A DNA stretch of 64,000 bases from Planctomycetota bacterium (GTDB lineage: Bacteria > Planctomycetota > JACOTG01 > JAJDCM01). The number at the start of each line of letters is the position of its first letter. Position 1 is the stretch's first letter. The stretch is taken from positions 1,221-65,220 of the forward strand of contig JAJDCM010000382.1 in NCBI GenBank assembly GCA_029260825.1, read 5' to 3'. The notes under the pieces are model-generated. The model had not been told where the DNA came from. It did not search any database and was given only the letters and a program-made list of their open reading frames with translations. Below, in pieces: positions 55,629 to 64,000 of the stretch. The translations under genes were made by a program, and so were the position numbers.

Positions 55629-55827
55629 TGGACTTCACCCCAATTCACTGGGTCCAAAGCGAGTGGACAGAAAAACACGTTGGGCCACGCCTCACGACCA
55701 AGATATTGGCCCTCTCGCCCGGAGGATCGGTAAGCCGCGCCAACGAAATCTTTGCAGCGTGGGATGTGGATTGCAATAATCTCTTGCCGGCGAGCCCGGA
55801 TCCCGGGGCATCAGGAGATCGCGAGTT

Positions 55828-57150
55828 TTGAAAGATAACGAGTTTAGTGGGCTTTTCCCCGTTTCAGATCTTGACGCATCCGTCCGGGTCCCCGGTTCGA
55901 AAAGCATCACCAATCGAGCGCTCCTGGTAGCAGCTCTGGCTCATGGTCCCTCGACCCTGGAACACGTCCTCTTCGCCGACGACACCCATCGCATGCTGGA
56001 GGCCCTGGAACACCTGGGGGTCGGCATTCATCAGGATGTCGCCGCGGAGAGGGTCAGAATCGAAGGGACAGGAGGAGTCTTTCGCAGCCCCGGGACTCCC
56101 CTCCACGTTGGCAACGCCGGAACCGCCATGCGTTTTCTTCTCGCCGCTCTTTGTGCATCGGCGGGGGGGCCCTACGTGCTGACCGGCGATCCGAGGATGT
56201 GTGAGCGCCCCCTTGGAGATCTCGCGACCGCCCTCCAGGAGCTGGGGGCATCCATCGAATACGAGAAGAATCCGGGATATCCGCCTGTCCGGATCCTTGG
56301 CGGTGGCCTGGAAGGAGGGGTCGTTAGGCTGCGAGCCGAAAAAAGTAGCCAGTACATTTCGGCCCTCCTTCTCGCCGGCCCCCTCACTCGCACTTCACTA
56401 AAAATCGAGGTCGTCTCTCCTCTTGTTTCTCGGCCCTACGTGGATCTAACTCTCGATCTGATGGAAAAGTTCGGGGTCTCGGTCGACGAGACGAGCCCGG
56501 GGGCTTTTTCCGTATCCGGGGAAAGAGGATATCAGGGGCGCAACTTCGAGATCGAAAGCGATGCCTCGTCCGCATCCTATTTCCTCGCGGCCGCAGCCAT
56601 CTGCGGAGGTCGAGTCCGGGTGGAAGGAGTGGGGACGAATTCGAAACAGGGAGACGCCCGATTCGCCCGGATCCTGGCCCGGATGGGATGCGAGGTGATC
56701 GAAGAGCCAAACGCGATCGAGGTGAGATCCAGCGGAAAGATCACCGCTGTCGACGTGGACATGAACGACATGCCGGATGTGGCCCTCACCCTCGCCCCGG
56801 TTGCGGCGTTTGCCCGGGGAATCACCCGGGTCAGAAACGTCCACAACCTCCGCATCAAAGAATCGGATCGAATCCACGCCATCTGCAACGAACTTCGAAA
56901 AACCGGGATCCGTGCCGAAGAAAAGGAAGACGGCTTTGAGATTGAAGGAGGGCTGCCCATGGCTGCCTCCATCGAAACCTACGATGATCACCGCATCGCC
57001 ATGACGTTTTCCCTTCTGGGTCTACGGACCGCCGGCATCACGATTCTCGACCCAGGCTGTGTTGCCAAGACCTTCCCGGATTTCTTCGAGCGACTCATCC
57101 GGGTTGCCAGGACAGGCCGGGGAGCTGGTCCCTCCGAGGTGACCACTTGA
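55828..57150 (+). CDS. aroA: 3-phosphoshikimate 1-carboxyvinyltransferase (EPSP synthase)
   Basis: VRVPGSKSITNRALLVAALA, GNAGTAMRFL, RVRNVHNLRIKESDR. Confidence 0.9.
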   Translation: MKDNEFSGLFPVSDLDASVRVPGSKSITNRALLVAALAHGPSTLEHVLFADDTHRMLEALEHLGVGIHQDVAAERVRIEGTGGVFRSPGTPLHVGNAGTAMRFLLAALCASAGGPYVLTGDPRMCERPLGDLATALQELGASIEYEKNPGYPPVRILGGGLEGGVVRLRAEKSSQYISALLLAGPLTRTSLKIEVVSPLVSRPYVDLTLDLMEKFGVSVDETSPGAFSVSGERGYQGRNFEIESDASSASYFLAAAAICGGRVRVEGVGTNSKQGDARFARILARMGCEVIEEPNAIEVRSSGKITAVDVDMNDMPDVALTLAPVAAFARGITRVRNVHNLRIKESDRIHAICNELRKTGIRAEEKEDGFEIEGGLPMAASIETYDDHRIAMTFSLLGLRTAGITILDPGCVAKTFPDFFERLIRVARTGRGAGPSEVTT

Positions 57151-59783
57151 CCGGGATCGGGATCACCTTCTTCCTCCTCGCCAATCTCCTGGGAATCCAA
57201 ACAGGATCCTCCGCAACCGGAGTCGATCTCGCTCCCCTTGCCTACTTCGGATTTGAACCGGGTACAGAAGGCCGGCTCATCGCCCTGGATCGGATGACCG
57301 AGTATTTCAAACACCTTGAAAAACACACCGGCAGGGTTCAGATCTCGGAAATCGGTAGAACGACGGAGGGGAGGCCGTTTACGAGAGTCATCCTGTCGGC
57401 CCCGGAAAATCTGACCACGCTGGAATCCCATCGGACCGCCCTGGCCCGCCTGACGGATCCTCTTCATCTCACCCGGGAGGAGTCAATCGACCTCATCGAC
57501 AGCTGTCCGGCTAGCGTGGTGATCAATTGCTCCATTCATTCCGACGAGCCCGGACCCACTCAATGGGCTCCAAGATTCGCCCACCGACTCGCCACCAGCA
57601 AGAGCCCGGAAGTTCAGAGAATCCTCTCGAACCTCATCGTGATCCTGTTGCCCTGTCAAAACCCCGACGGCTACGGACGGGTTCAAGATTGGCATGACAG
57701 GATCGACTCCGGCCAGCGCCAAAGTCGGGTGCCGTTCCTCTATCACAAGTACTCGGGACACGATGTCAATCGGGACTGGTTTGCGTTCAACCTGACGGAA
57801 ACCCGACTTGTGGTGGACCGTGTGGTGAACGATTTCTTTCCCCAGGCCGTTTTTGATCTCCATCAGATGGGCAAACAGGGCTATCGGTTTTTTGTCCCTC
57901 CTTACAAAGACCCGACGGAACCCAACATCGACCCGGTTCTTCTCGCTCAGCTTCGAGAAATCGGCGCGGTGATGTCTGGTGCGCTTGTTGCCGAGGGAAA
58001 GGGGGGCGTCATCAGCTCCGACCTCTTCGATGCCTGGTCGCCCTCTCGAGCTTACCCTCCTTATCGTGGAGCGATTCGGGTGCTCCTTGAAGCCGCAGGA
58101 TGCCACTTGACGGAACCGACTCACCTCGCTCGGGGCGATCTTTCTCATGGAGCCCAGACCCGCTCCTGGAACCACCCATTGCCGTGGAAGGGCGGGCGCT
58201 GGTCTCTTTCGGATGTCCTTGACTATTATGATACAGCTCTGTTTTCCGCCCTCGAACACATCGCGCTGAATCGGGTCGACTGGCTGAATCGATACGATTC
58301 AGTCTTTCGCAAGGCGATGAAGCCAAACCCGGAGTCTCGACTTTATGTCTTTCCCAGGAGGCAGCACGACCCCTCCAGCGCCAGCGCCTTGATCAAGATC
58401 TTGATCCGCGCCGGAGTTTCAGTGACTCGAGGCGCAAAGCCAGTCACTCTTGCGAACAAGATCTATCCGGAAGGAACCCTGTTCGTCGATTCCTGCCAGC
58501 CCTTTTCCGCTTTCGCTCGCTGCATGCTGGATAATACTCCCTATCCTCGTGGGGTTTCCCCTTCCGACCCACAAAGTCGGGCAGAAACTCGACCCCCATC
58601 GCTGCCCCCTCCCTACGACGTCACGTCCCATTGCCTTCCTCTGATGATGGGGGTTTCGGTGATCTCTCTTTCTCGTGGCGAAGGGCTGTCAATCCCGACG
58701 ACCGATGTCCTCACCGAAGAAGAGCCGTGGTTTGAAGGGGAGAAGACCACGATCAGAAGCCTGGTTGCGTCGGGAGGCTCGAAAGATCCCGGGGAAACCA
58801 CGAAGGCTTACTTCCTCCGGCGCGAGACGAACGAGAACTATCGACTCGTCATGGCTCTTCTTTCCCGGGCCATTCCCGTTTTCGAGTTCGTCGCTCCGAA
58901 GGGAGTCAAAGGCCGAAGCCCTGAATCCGGTTTCATTTCCCCGGGAACCTTTGTTGTTCCAGTTCAGGGGAATAAGGCCAAAATACTCGACCTTTCTCGG
59001 AGTCTTGGAGTCTCGTTGGGCCAAGCAGTCGACCTTCCCGACAAACCGCCCCTTCACCCGTTGCAGGCTCCAAGGGTCGGCCTCTATGAAAGTTCCGTGT
59101 CCAACCCGGATTCCGGATGGACCCGTTTCGTGCTTGATCAGCATGGGTTTGAGACCCGCAGCTTGAAGGACCTCGACATCCGAAGAGGCACTCTCGCAGG
59201 GCTCGACGTGATCGTTCTTCCCCATCAGATCCCTTCCAGACTGTTGAACGGAAACCATTCCGGAAGTCTCCCCGATCAATACACAGGAGGACTCTCGAAG
59301 AATGGAATGAGAAAGCTCTTCTCGTTCGTTCGGAAGGGAGGGACACTTGTCAGCTTTGGCGATGCCTCACGGCTTGTTCTTTCTCAGCGAAAAAAATGGA
59401 TGAACAACCGTCCGGAGGTCGTCGATCTCCTGGCTTCACGTCAAGGAAGGTCTTTTCACGCTCCCGGAGCTCTCCTGGGAATTCGTGTCGATCCTGCCCA
59501 TCCTCTTTGCTATGGCATGCCGGCTGAGGCAGCCGGGTTTTTCTGGGGAGGAACGGCTTTTCTGGCCCCGGCCGATCTCGTGCCAGCTCGCTACCGAAAA
59601 AACGATGTTGCTCTTTCCGGCTATATCCGAGGAGAATCGGTGATCAAGGGCCGGGGAGCCCTTCTGGATCTTGCCTGGGAAAAAGGCCAGCTGGTTCTCT
59701 TTGGCTTTCGACCTCAATTTCGTTCCCAGACGACCGGGACTTTCAAACTCTTCTTCAACGCGTTACTTCGGGCGGCATCATGA
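57147..59783 (+). CDS. M14-family zinc carboxypeptidase-like protein (large, secreted)
   Basis: HSDEP (HxxE zinc ligands), GHDVNRDW, signal peptide. 4-nt overlap with aroA. Confidence 0.7.
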   Translation: MTGIGITFFLLANLLGIQTGSSATGVDLAPLAYFGFEPGTEGRLIALDRMTEYFKHLEKHTGRVQISEIGRTTEGRPFTRVILSAPENLTTLESHRTALARLTDPLHLTREESIDLIDSCPASVVINCSIHSDEPGPTQWAPRFAHRLATSKSPEVQRILSNLIVILLPCQNPDGYGRVQDWHDRIDSGQRQSRVPFLYHKYSGHDVNRDWFAFNLTETRLVVDRVVNDFFPQAVFDLHQMGKQGYRFFVPPYKDPTEPNIDPVLLAQLREIGAVMSGALVAEGKGGVISSDLFDAWSPSRAYPPYRGAIRVLLEAAGCHLTEPTHLARGDLSHGAQTRSWNHPLPWKGGRWSLSDVLDYYDTALFSALEHIALNRVDWLNRYDSVFRKAMKPNPESRLYVFPRRQHDPSSASALIKILIRAGVSVTRGAKPVTLANKIYPEGTLFVDSCQPFSAFARCMLDNTPYPRGVSPSDPQSRAETRPPSLPPPYDVTSHCLPLMMGVSVISLSRGEGLSIPTTDVLTEEEPWFEGEKTTIRSLVASGGSKDPGETTKAYFLRRETNENYRLVMALLSRAIPVFEFVAPKGVKGRSPESGFISPGTFVVPVQGNKAKILDLSRSLGVSLGQAVDLPDKPPLHPLQAPRVGLYESSVSNPDSGWTRFVLDQHGFETRSLKDLDIRRGTLAGLDVIVLPHQIPSRLLNGNHSGSLPDQYTGGLSKNGMRKLFSFVRKGGTLVSFGDASRLVLSQRKKWMNNRPEVVDLLASRQGRSFHAPGALLGIRVDPAHPLCYGMPAEAAGFFWGGTAFLAPADLVPARYRKNDVALSGYIRGESVIKGRGALLDLAWEKGQLVLFGFRPQFRSQTTGTFKLFFNALLRAAS

Positions 59784-60520
59784 ACAGCTGGGTTGATCTT
59801 CACACGCACGTTCTTCCCGGAGTCGACGATGGGGCAGCCGACGTCGATGTGTCCCTGGCAATGCTCCGAAAGTTTCGAGATGACGGAGTCAAGACGGTGG
59901 TCGCGACTCCCCATTTTCTCCATCCTCACTTCAAGGTGAGCCTCGAACTGGTTCGAGACAGGCTCTTGCGGCTCCAGAATGCAATCACCGAGGAAGGCGA
60001 GGAGATCTCGGTCTGTTTTGGTGCCGAAGTGCGTTATCGATCCGACCTGGCCTCGAACCCGGAGCTTGTGAGAAGTTTGACCCTGAATGAAACGGGGAAA
60101 TACCTGCTGCTCGAACTTCCCTTTCAATTCGCGCCTCCCGAACTTCCCGAGGTCGTCTTTGCTCTTCTCTCCCAGGGAGTGACTCCGATCCTTGCTCACG
60201 CCGAGCGCTACACGGACTTTCAGGAGTCCCCCGAGCTCATCGAAGACCTGGTTCGCCGAGGCGCTCTGGTGCAAGTGACAGCAGGAAGCGTTGTTGGACA
60301 GCTTGGTCGCCGTGAAAAGAAGCTTTCGCGCTGGCTGCTGAAGAGGAACCTGGTTCACGTTCTTGCCAGTGACGCTCACGATCCGAAAGTGCGGGCCCCG
60401 GGCCTTCGAAAGGCGGTTCAGGAAGCTGGCGGGATTCTGGGCAAAGAAGCGGCAGTGGGCCTCGTCCAAGACAATCCAACCCGGATCATTGCCGGCGAGC
60501 CGATCCCGCGCCATCTGTGA
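59780..60520 (+). CDS. PHP-family manganese-dependent protein-tyrosine phosphatase (CpsB/YwqE-like)
   Basis: N-terminal DLHTHVLPGVDDGA, ATPHF, and a C-terminal ASDAHD motif. Confidence 0.7.
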   Translation: MNSWVDLHTHVLPGVDDGAADVDVSLAMLRKFRDDGVKTVVATPHFLHPHFKVSLELVRDRLLRLQNAITEEGEEISVCFGAEVRYRSDLASNPELVRSLTLNETGKYLLLELPFQFAPPELPEVVFALLSQGVTPILAHAERYTDFQESPELIEDLVRRGALVQVTAGSVVGQLGRREKKLSRWLLKRNLVHVLASDAHDPKVRAPGLRKAVQEAGGILGKEAAVGLVQDNPTRIIAGEPIPRHL

Positions 60521-60652
60521 CCCGGATGATTCAAAAAGTGAAAACTTCTCATAATCCTGTTCACGAGTTAGGCTTTTGTGCCAACTTGTGGTATTCGGGT
60601 CCTCACTGCGGGTCCTGCGGACAGGTTTCATGAAACCGATCGAGGAATCTCC

Positions 60653-61660
60653 ATGACTGGAAGCGGCGGAGCATCGGTGATGGTCTCCGGTGGGGCTGGA
60701 TACATCGGAAGCCATGCGGTAAAGGGGCTTCTTGGTCGCGGCTACAATGTTCTCACCTATGACAGTTTGGCGGAAGGCCATCGGCAAGCAGTGCTGGGGG
60801 GAGATTTCTTTCAGGGTGAGCTTGCTTCAAGAGAGCAACTCGACCAGGCGATGTCCACGTTTCGCCCCAAGATCGTGATGCACTTTGCCGCCCACTGTTA
60901 CGTGGGAGAATCGGTCGAAGATCCTGGCAAGTACTACCGCAACAATGTCTCCAATACCCTGAATTTACTCGAAGCCTGCCGGGACAACGGAGTCGAGGGG
61001 GTGATCTTTTCCTCCACTGCGGCCGTATTCGGCAACCCGGTTTCTCTTCCGATCGAGGAGACCCATCCCCAGGCACCGATCAATCCCTACGGTGAAACGA
61101 AACTCATCGGGGAGAGGATGCTTCGGGACTTTGAAACCGCTTACGGGCTGAAGCACACCGTGCTTCGCTATTTCAATGCGGCGGGGGCAGACCCGGAAGG
61201 CCAGCTCGGGGAAGATCACGATCCGGAAACTCATCTCCTTCCCCTGGTTCTCAAGACGGCCCTTGGAAAACGGGATTCCGTTCAGGTTTTCGGGACAGAC
61301 TACGACACTCGAGACGGAAGCTGTCTTCGAGACTACGTCCATGTAACCGATCTCGCGGAAGCACACATCATGGCCCTGCAGCGCCTCCTTGATGGAGGGG
61401 CAAGCGATTCGTTCAATCTGGGAAACAGTCTGGGCACTTCGGTTCTTGAGGTGATTCAAACCGCAGAACGCATCACGGGAAAGAAAATCAAACACCAGTT
61501 ATGTGACCGACGTCCTGGCGATCCCGCCGTCCTGGTCGCAGATTCAGCCAAGATGGAGAAATCGTTGGGTTGGAAGCCCAAATACCAGGACATCGAGGCC
61601 ATCCTCACCACGGCGTGGGACTGGATGGCTGCTCACCCCGACGGCTACAACAAGAGGTAA
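60653..61660 (+). CDS. galE: UDP-glucose 4-epimerase
   Basis: VSGGAGYIGSH Rossmann motif, YxxxK region, full-length GalE conservation. Confidence 0.85.
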   Translation: MTGSGGASVMVSGGAGYIGSHAVKGLLGRGYNVLTYDSLAEGHRQAVLGGDFFQGELASREQLDQAMSTFRPKIVMHFAAHCYVGESVEDPGKYYRNNVSNTLNLLEACRDNGVEGVIFSSTAAVFGNPVSLPIEETHPQAPINPYGETKLIGERMLRDFETAYGLKHTVLRYFNAAGADPEGQLGEDHDPETHLLPLVLKTALGKRDSVQVFGTDYDTRDGSCLRDYVHVTDLAEAHIMALQRLLDGGASDSFNLGNSLGTSVLEVIQTAERITGKKIKHQLCDRRPGDPAVLVADSAKMEKSLGWKPKYQDIEAILTTAWDWMAAHPDGYNKR

Positions 61661-61706
61661 CCCGTCATGTGTCCTCATCGGATCAGGACACAAGGAAAGG
61701 CAATCC

Positions 61707-62468
61707 ATGGAGCTCACGATTCTCGGTTCGGGTACCGGTGTGCCCACCAAGAAACGAGGTGCAGCCGGCTACCTTCTGCGGGTCCACGAGTCCCGGTTCC
61801 TCTTTGATTCGGGGCCGGGTACGATCCTCAAGCTTGCTCAGCTCGGGGTCGGGCTCGATGAACTCGACGGCATCTTCTACACTCACTTTCATCCCGATCA
61901 TTCCCTCGAATTTGCCGCGATTGTCTTTGCTCTCATGAATCCAAGCTTCGAGAGCAGTCTCAAGGAACTCCTCGTGATGGGTCCCCCCGGCTTGAAAGAG
62001 TTCTACGGCAAGCTTCAGGCCCTGTACGGCTCGTGGGTGACCCCGAAAAACTACCGGCTTCATTTGAAGGAGATCTCACCGACGGGGAAGGAGCACACAT
62101 TCGGCCCCATGCGAATTGCCGCCTGGAAAACGGCCCACACACCTGAAAGCCAGGGCTACAGGATTACCGGTCCTGAGAATCGAGTCCTTGCTTACACCGG
62201 CGACACCGATGTTTGTCCGGAGCTCGTGGATCTTGCGAAAGATGTGGACGTCCTTCTCTGCGAAAGTTCTCATCCGGACGGGCACCACGTGAGTGGGCAT
62301 CTGACTCCGCGCCGTGCCGGGAGGGTGGCTCGAGAGGCGGGATGTGAGCGCCTGATCCTGACTCACTTCTACCCCATGTGTGAGGGCCGAGATCTCGTCG
62401 GTCAGTGTCGGAAAGAATACCCCGGAGAAATCGTCCTTGCGGAAGATCTCATGACTTTGTCCATATGA
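61707..62468 (+). CDS. MBL-fold metallo-hydrolase (RNase Z/ElaC-like short form)
   Basis: MELTILGSGTGVP...HFHPDHS (HxHxDH). RBS aaggaaagg before ATG 61707. Confidence 0.7.
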   Translation: MELTILGSGTGVPTKKRGAAGYLLRVHESRFLFDSGPGTILKLAQLGVGLDELDGIFYTHFHPDHSLEFAAIVFALMNPSFESSLKELLVMGPPGLKEFYGKLQALYGSWVTPKNYRLHLKEISPTGKEHTFGPMRIAAWKTAHTPESQGYRITGPENRVLAYTGDTDVCPELVDLAKDVDVLLCESSHPDGHHVSGHLTPRRAGRVAREAGCERLILTHFYPMCEGRDLVGQCRKEYPGEIVLAEDLMTLSI

Positions 62469-62495
62469 TCGATCAAGAGATGGCCTGATTCCAAC

Positions 62496-64000
62496 ATGAT
62501 GAAGAAAACCTCCCGAAGTCTTGCCTCGCTCTACCGGCCCGCGATGGGAAAAGCCAGCTGTTTCGCTTTCATCGTATTTCTTTCCCTTCTTGTCGGCCCG
62601 GTTTCTTCCACACCCGGTTCTCCACCGTCGGGGCAAGAAAGGGGAGCAACCACCTGGCTCTCATCCAGGATCGAGGAAATCCTTTCCGATCGTCGGATGG
62701 CAAAGACCAGGACCGGAGTGGTCATCATCCGGGAAGGAACTCTCGAACCTCTTTACGATCGGTTTCCCGATCACCTCTTTCCTCCGGCCTCCAACGAGAA
62801 GCTTCTCACCACGGCTGCGGCCCTGCATTTTCTGGGTAGGAAGTTCGAGTTCCAGACGGAAGTGCGTGTGCAAGGGAATCTTCGTGGGGGGATCGCAAAC
62901 CGGCTGTGGATTGTTGGCGGCGGAGATCCTTCCATTTCCGGAAGACATCACCAGGGTCAACCAAAAGCACGCCTCCGTGAACTCGCCGAGACTCTGTGGT
63001 CGAGGGGAGTGCGGGAGATCGACGGCGACCTCCTGGTGGATGACTCGTACTTCGATGATGAACGGGTTCATTCCAGCTGGCCCAAAGATCAGCTTTCCCG
63101 CTGGTATTGTGCGGAAGTAGGTGCTCTTTCTCTCAACGATAACTGTGTGGATCTCAAGTTTTATCCCGGAACCAGGATCGGCGCTCCCGGTAGGCTCATC
63201 ATTTCCCCGAATGGCTACATCAATCCGACGGGGTCCTTCACGACGGGAAAGAGAGGGAGCGCCAGTCGGGTGATTGCGGAACGGATTCTCGGGACCAACG
63301 ATTTCCGAATCGGCGGGAAACACCCACTTGCGGGCAACCCGTTCTCGACCTCGGTCACGATCACCGACCCGGGTATGTTTTTCGGGACGATCTTCCGGTA
63401 CGTCCTCGAGGAAAGAGGAATCCAGATGTCGGGCGAAGTGCGGCGATCTCGAGCTCCCACACCATCTCGGGTTCTGGCCAGCCTGACGACGCCGATCTCC
63501 CAGGTCGTGACAACGACCAACAAGAGAAGCCAGAACTACTACGCGGAAATGCTCCTGAAGTCGGTGGGGAAGCGGAAATACGATCACGGTTCTTTCGCTC
63601 AGGGCGCAAGGGCCGTTTCCGATTTTCTGGTCCGTGATGTGGGTGTCGAGCCCGATCATGTCGCTCCCGTGGACGGTTCCGGTCTCTCCAGACGGAATCG
63701 AGTCACACCTCGAACCATTGCTTCCCTTCTCGTCCATATGACGAACCATCCGGCCAAGAAGGAGTTCTTCCTTTCTCTTCCCGTGTCGGGACAGGAGGGC
63801 AGTCTCAAGAAAAGACTCGTCAGTCCCAAACTTCGAGGCAAGGTTGCGGCAAAGACAGGTTACATTACAGGCGTTGGGTCTTTATCCGGATACCTTCGAG
63901 GAGCGGGGGACGAAACCTACGTATTCTCCATCTTGATGAATACCTCGGGATGGATCTCAAACAGCGTGATGAAGAGCATCCAGGACGAGATCTGTCGGGC
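62496..64000 (+). CDS. dacB: D-alanyl-D-alanine carboxypeptidase/endopeptidase (PBP4, S13 family), 3' end beyond window
   Basis: Frame has no stop through the window end, so the track omits it. Signal peptide, SxxK PASNEKLLTTAAAL, SxN DGSGLSRRN, KTG KTGYITGVG. Confidence 0.8.
   Translation, partial: MMKKTSRSLASLYRPAMGKASCFAFIVFLSLLVGPVSSTPGSPPSGQERGATTWLSSRIEEILSDRRMAKTRTGVVIIREGTLEPLYDRFPDHLFPPASNEKLLTTAAALHFLGRKFEFQTEVRVQGNLRGGIANRLWIVGGGDPSISGRHHQGQPKARLRELAETLWSRGVREIDGDLLVDDSYFDDERVHSSWPKDQLSRWYCAEVGALSLNDNCVDLKFYPGTRIGAPGRLIISPNGYINPTGSFTTGKRGSASRVIAERILGTNDFRIGGKHPLAGNPFSTSVTITDPGMFFGTIFRYVLEERGIQMSGEVRRSRAPTPSRVLASLTTPISQVVTTTNKRSQNYYAEMLLKSVGKRKYDHGSFAQGARAVSDFLVRDVGVEPDHVAPVDGSGLSRRNRVTPRTIASLLVHMTNHPAKKEFFLSLPVSGQEGSLKKRLVSPKLRGKVAAKTGYITGVGSLSGYLRGAGDETYVFSILMNTSGWISNSVMKSIQDEICR

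Noticed and set aside
62661-63749. 362-aa minus-strand ORF
   Set aside because: Antisense to the dacB/PBP4 frame, which has SxxK/SxN/KTG and runs off the window end.
1-64000. Search for CRISPR arrays, IS elements, integrases and prophage genes
   Set aside because: No regularly spaced direct repeats, transposase-like or integrase-like ORFs were seen. The window looks like a core chromosome with signalling and envelope genes.

Overview
This is a high-GC bacterial chromosomal segment (not assignable to a taxon from sequence alone) that is densely coding on both strands, with many long antisense shadow ORFs that I reject. I found no CRISPR array, transposase or integrase. From the left, the window holds a minus-strand kynurenine-pathway operon (ACMSD, kynU, kynA, partial kynB). 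ACMSD appears to start at a CUG codon. Directly upstream sits a SelW-like selenoprotein gene with an in-frame UGA and a downstream hairpin, which the ORF track cannot show. Next comes a sulfatase-family lipoprotein carrying Thr at the nucleophile position. A signalling block follows: a GntR regulator with a membrane protein, an FHA-GAF sigma54 activator, an active Hanks-type Ser/Thr kinase, a DUF4190-like membrane protein and a secreted beta-lactamase-fold protein whose catalytic residues are all substituted. After that come an acyl-CoA dehydrogenase, a hypothetical secreted protein and a GDPD-glycerol-kinase-like fusion. A second signalling block contains a 1152-aa pseudokinase-TM-TPR protein and an operon of an FHA-GAF class III nucleotidyl cyclase with an MBL-fold, class II-like cNMP phosphodiesterase. 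A secreted and lipoprotein cluster follows (ManC, an LpoB-like lipoprotein, a second lipoprotein, an AlkP-family phosphodiesterase and a 953-aa subtilisin). Housekeeping genes fill the rest: rho, tRNA-Leu(GAG), rpoN-apgM-truD-pilZ, purE-mtnA-HD hydrolase, lepA, rlmD, purC, and an aroA-M14 peptidase-PHP phosphatase-galE-MBL-dacB operon. Non-coding observations include a 21-bp inverted-repeat pair flanking a 125-bp spacer, AT-rich tandem hairpins and palindromes in promoter regions, and a sigma70-like promoter upstream of rpoN.
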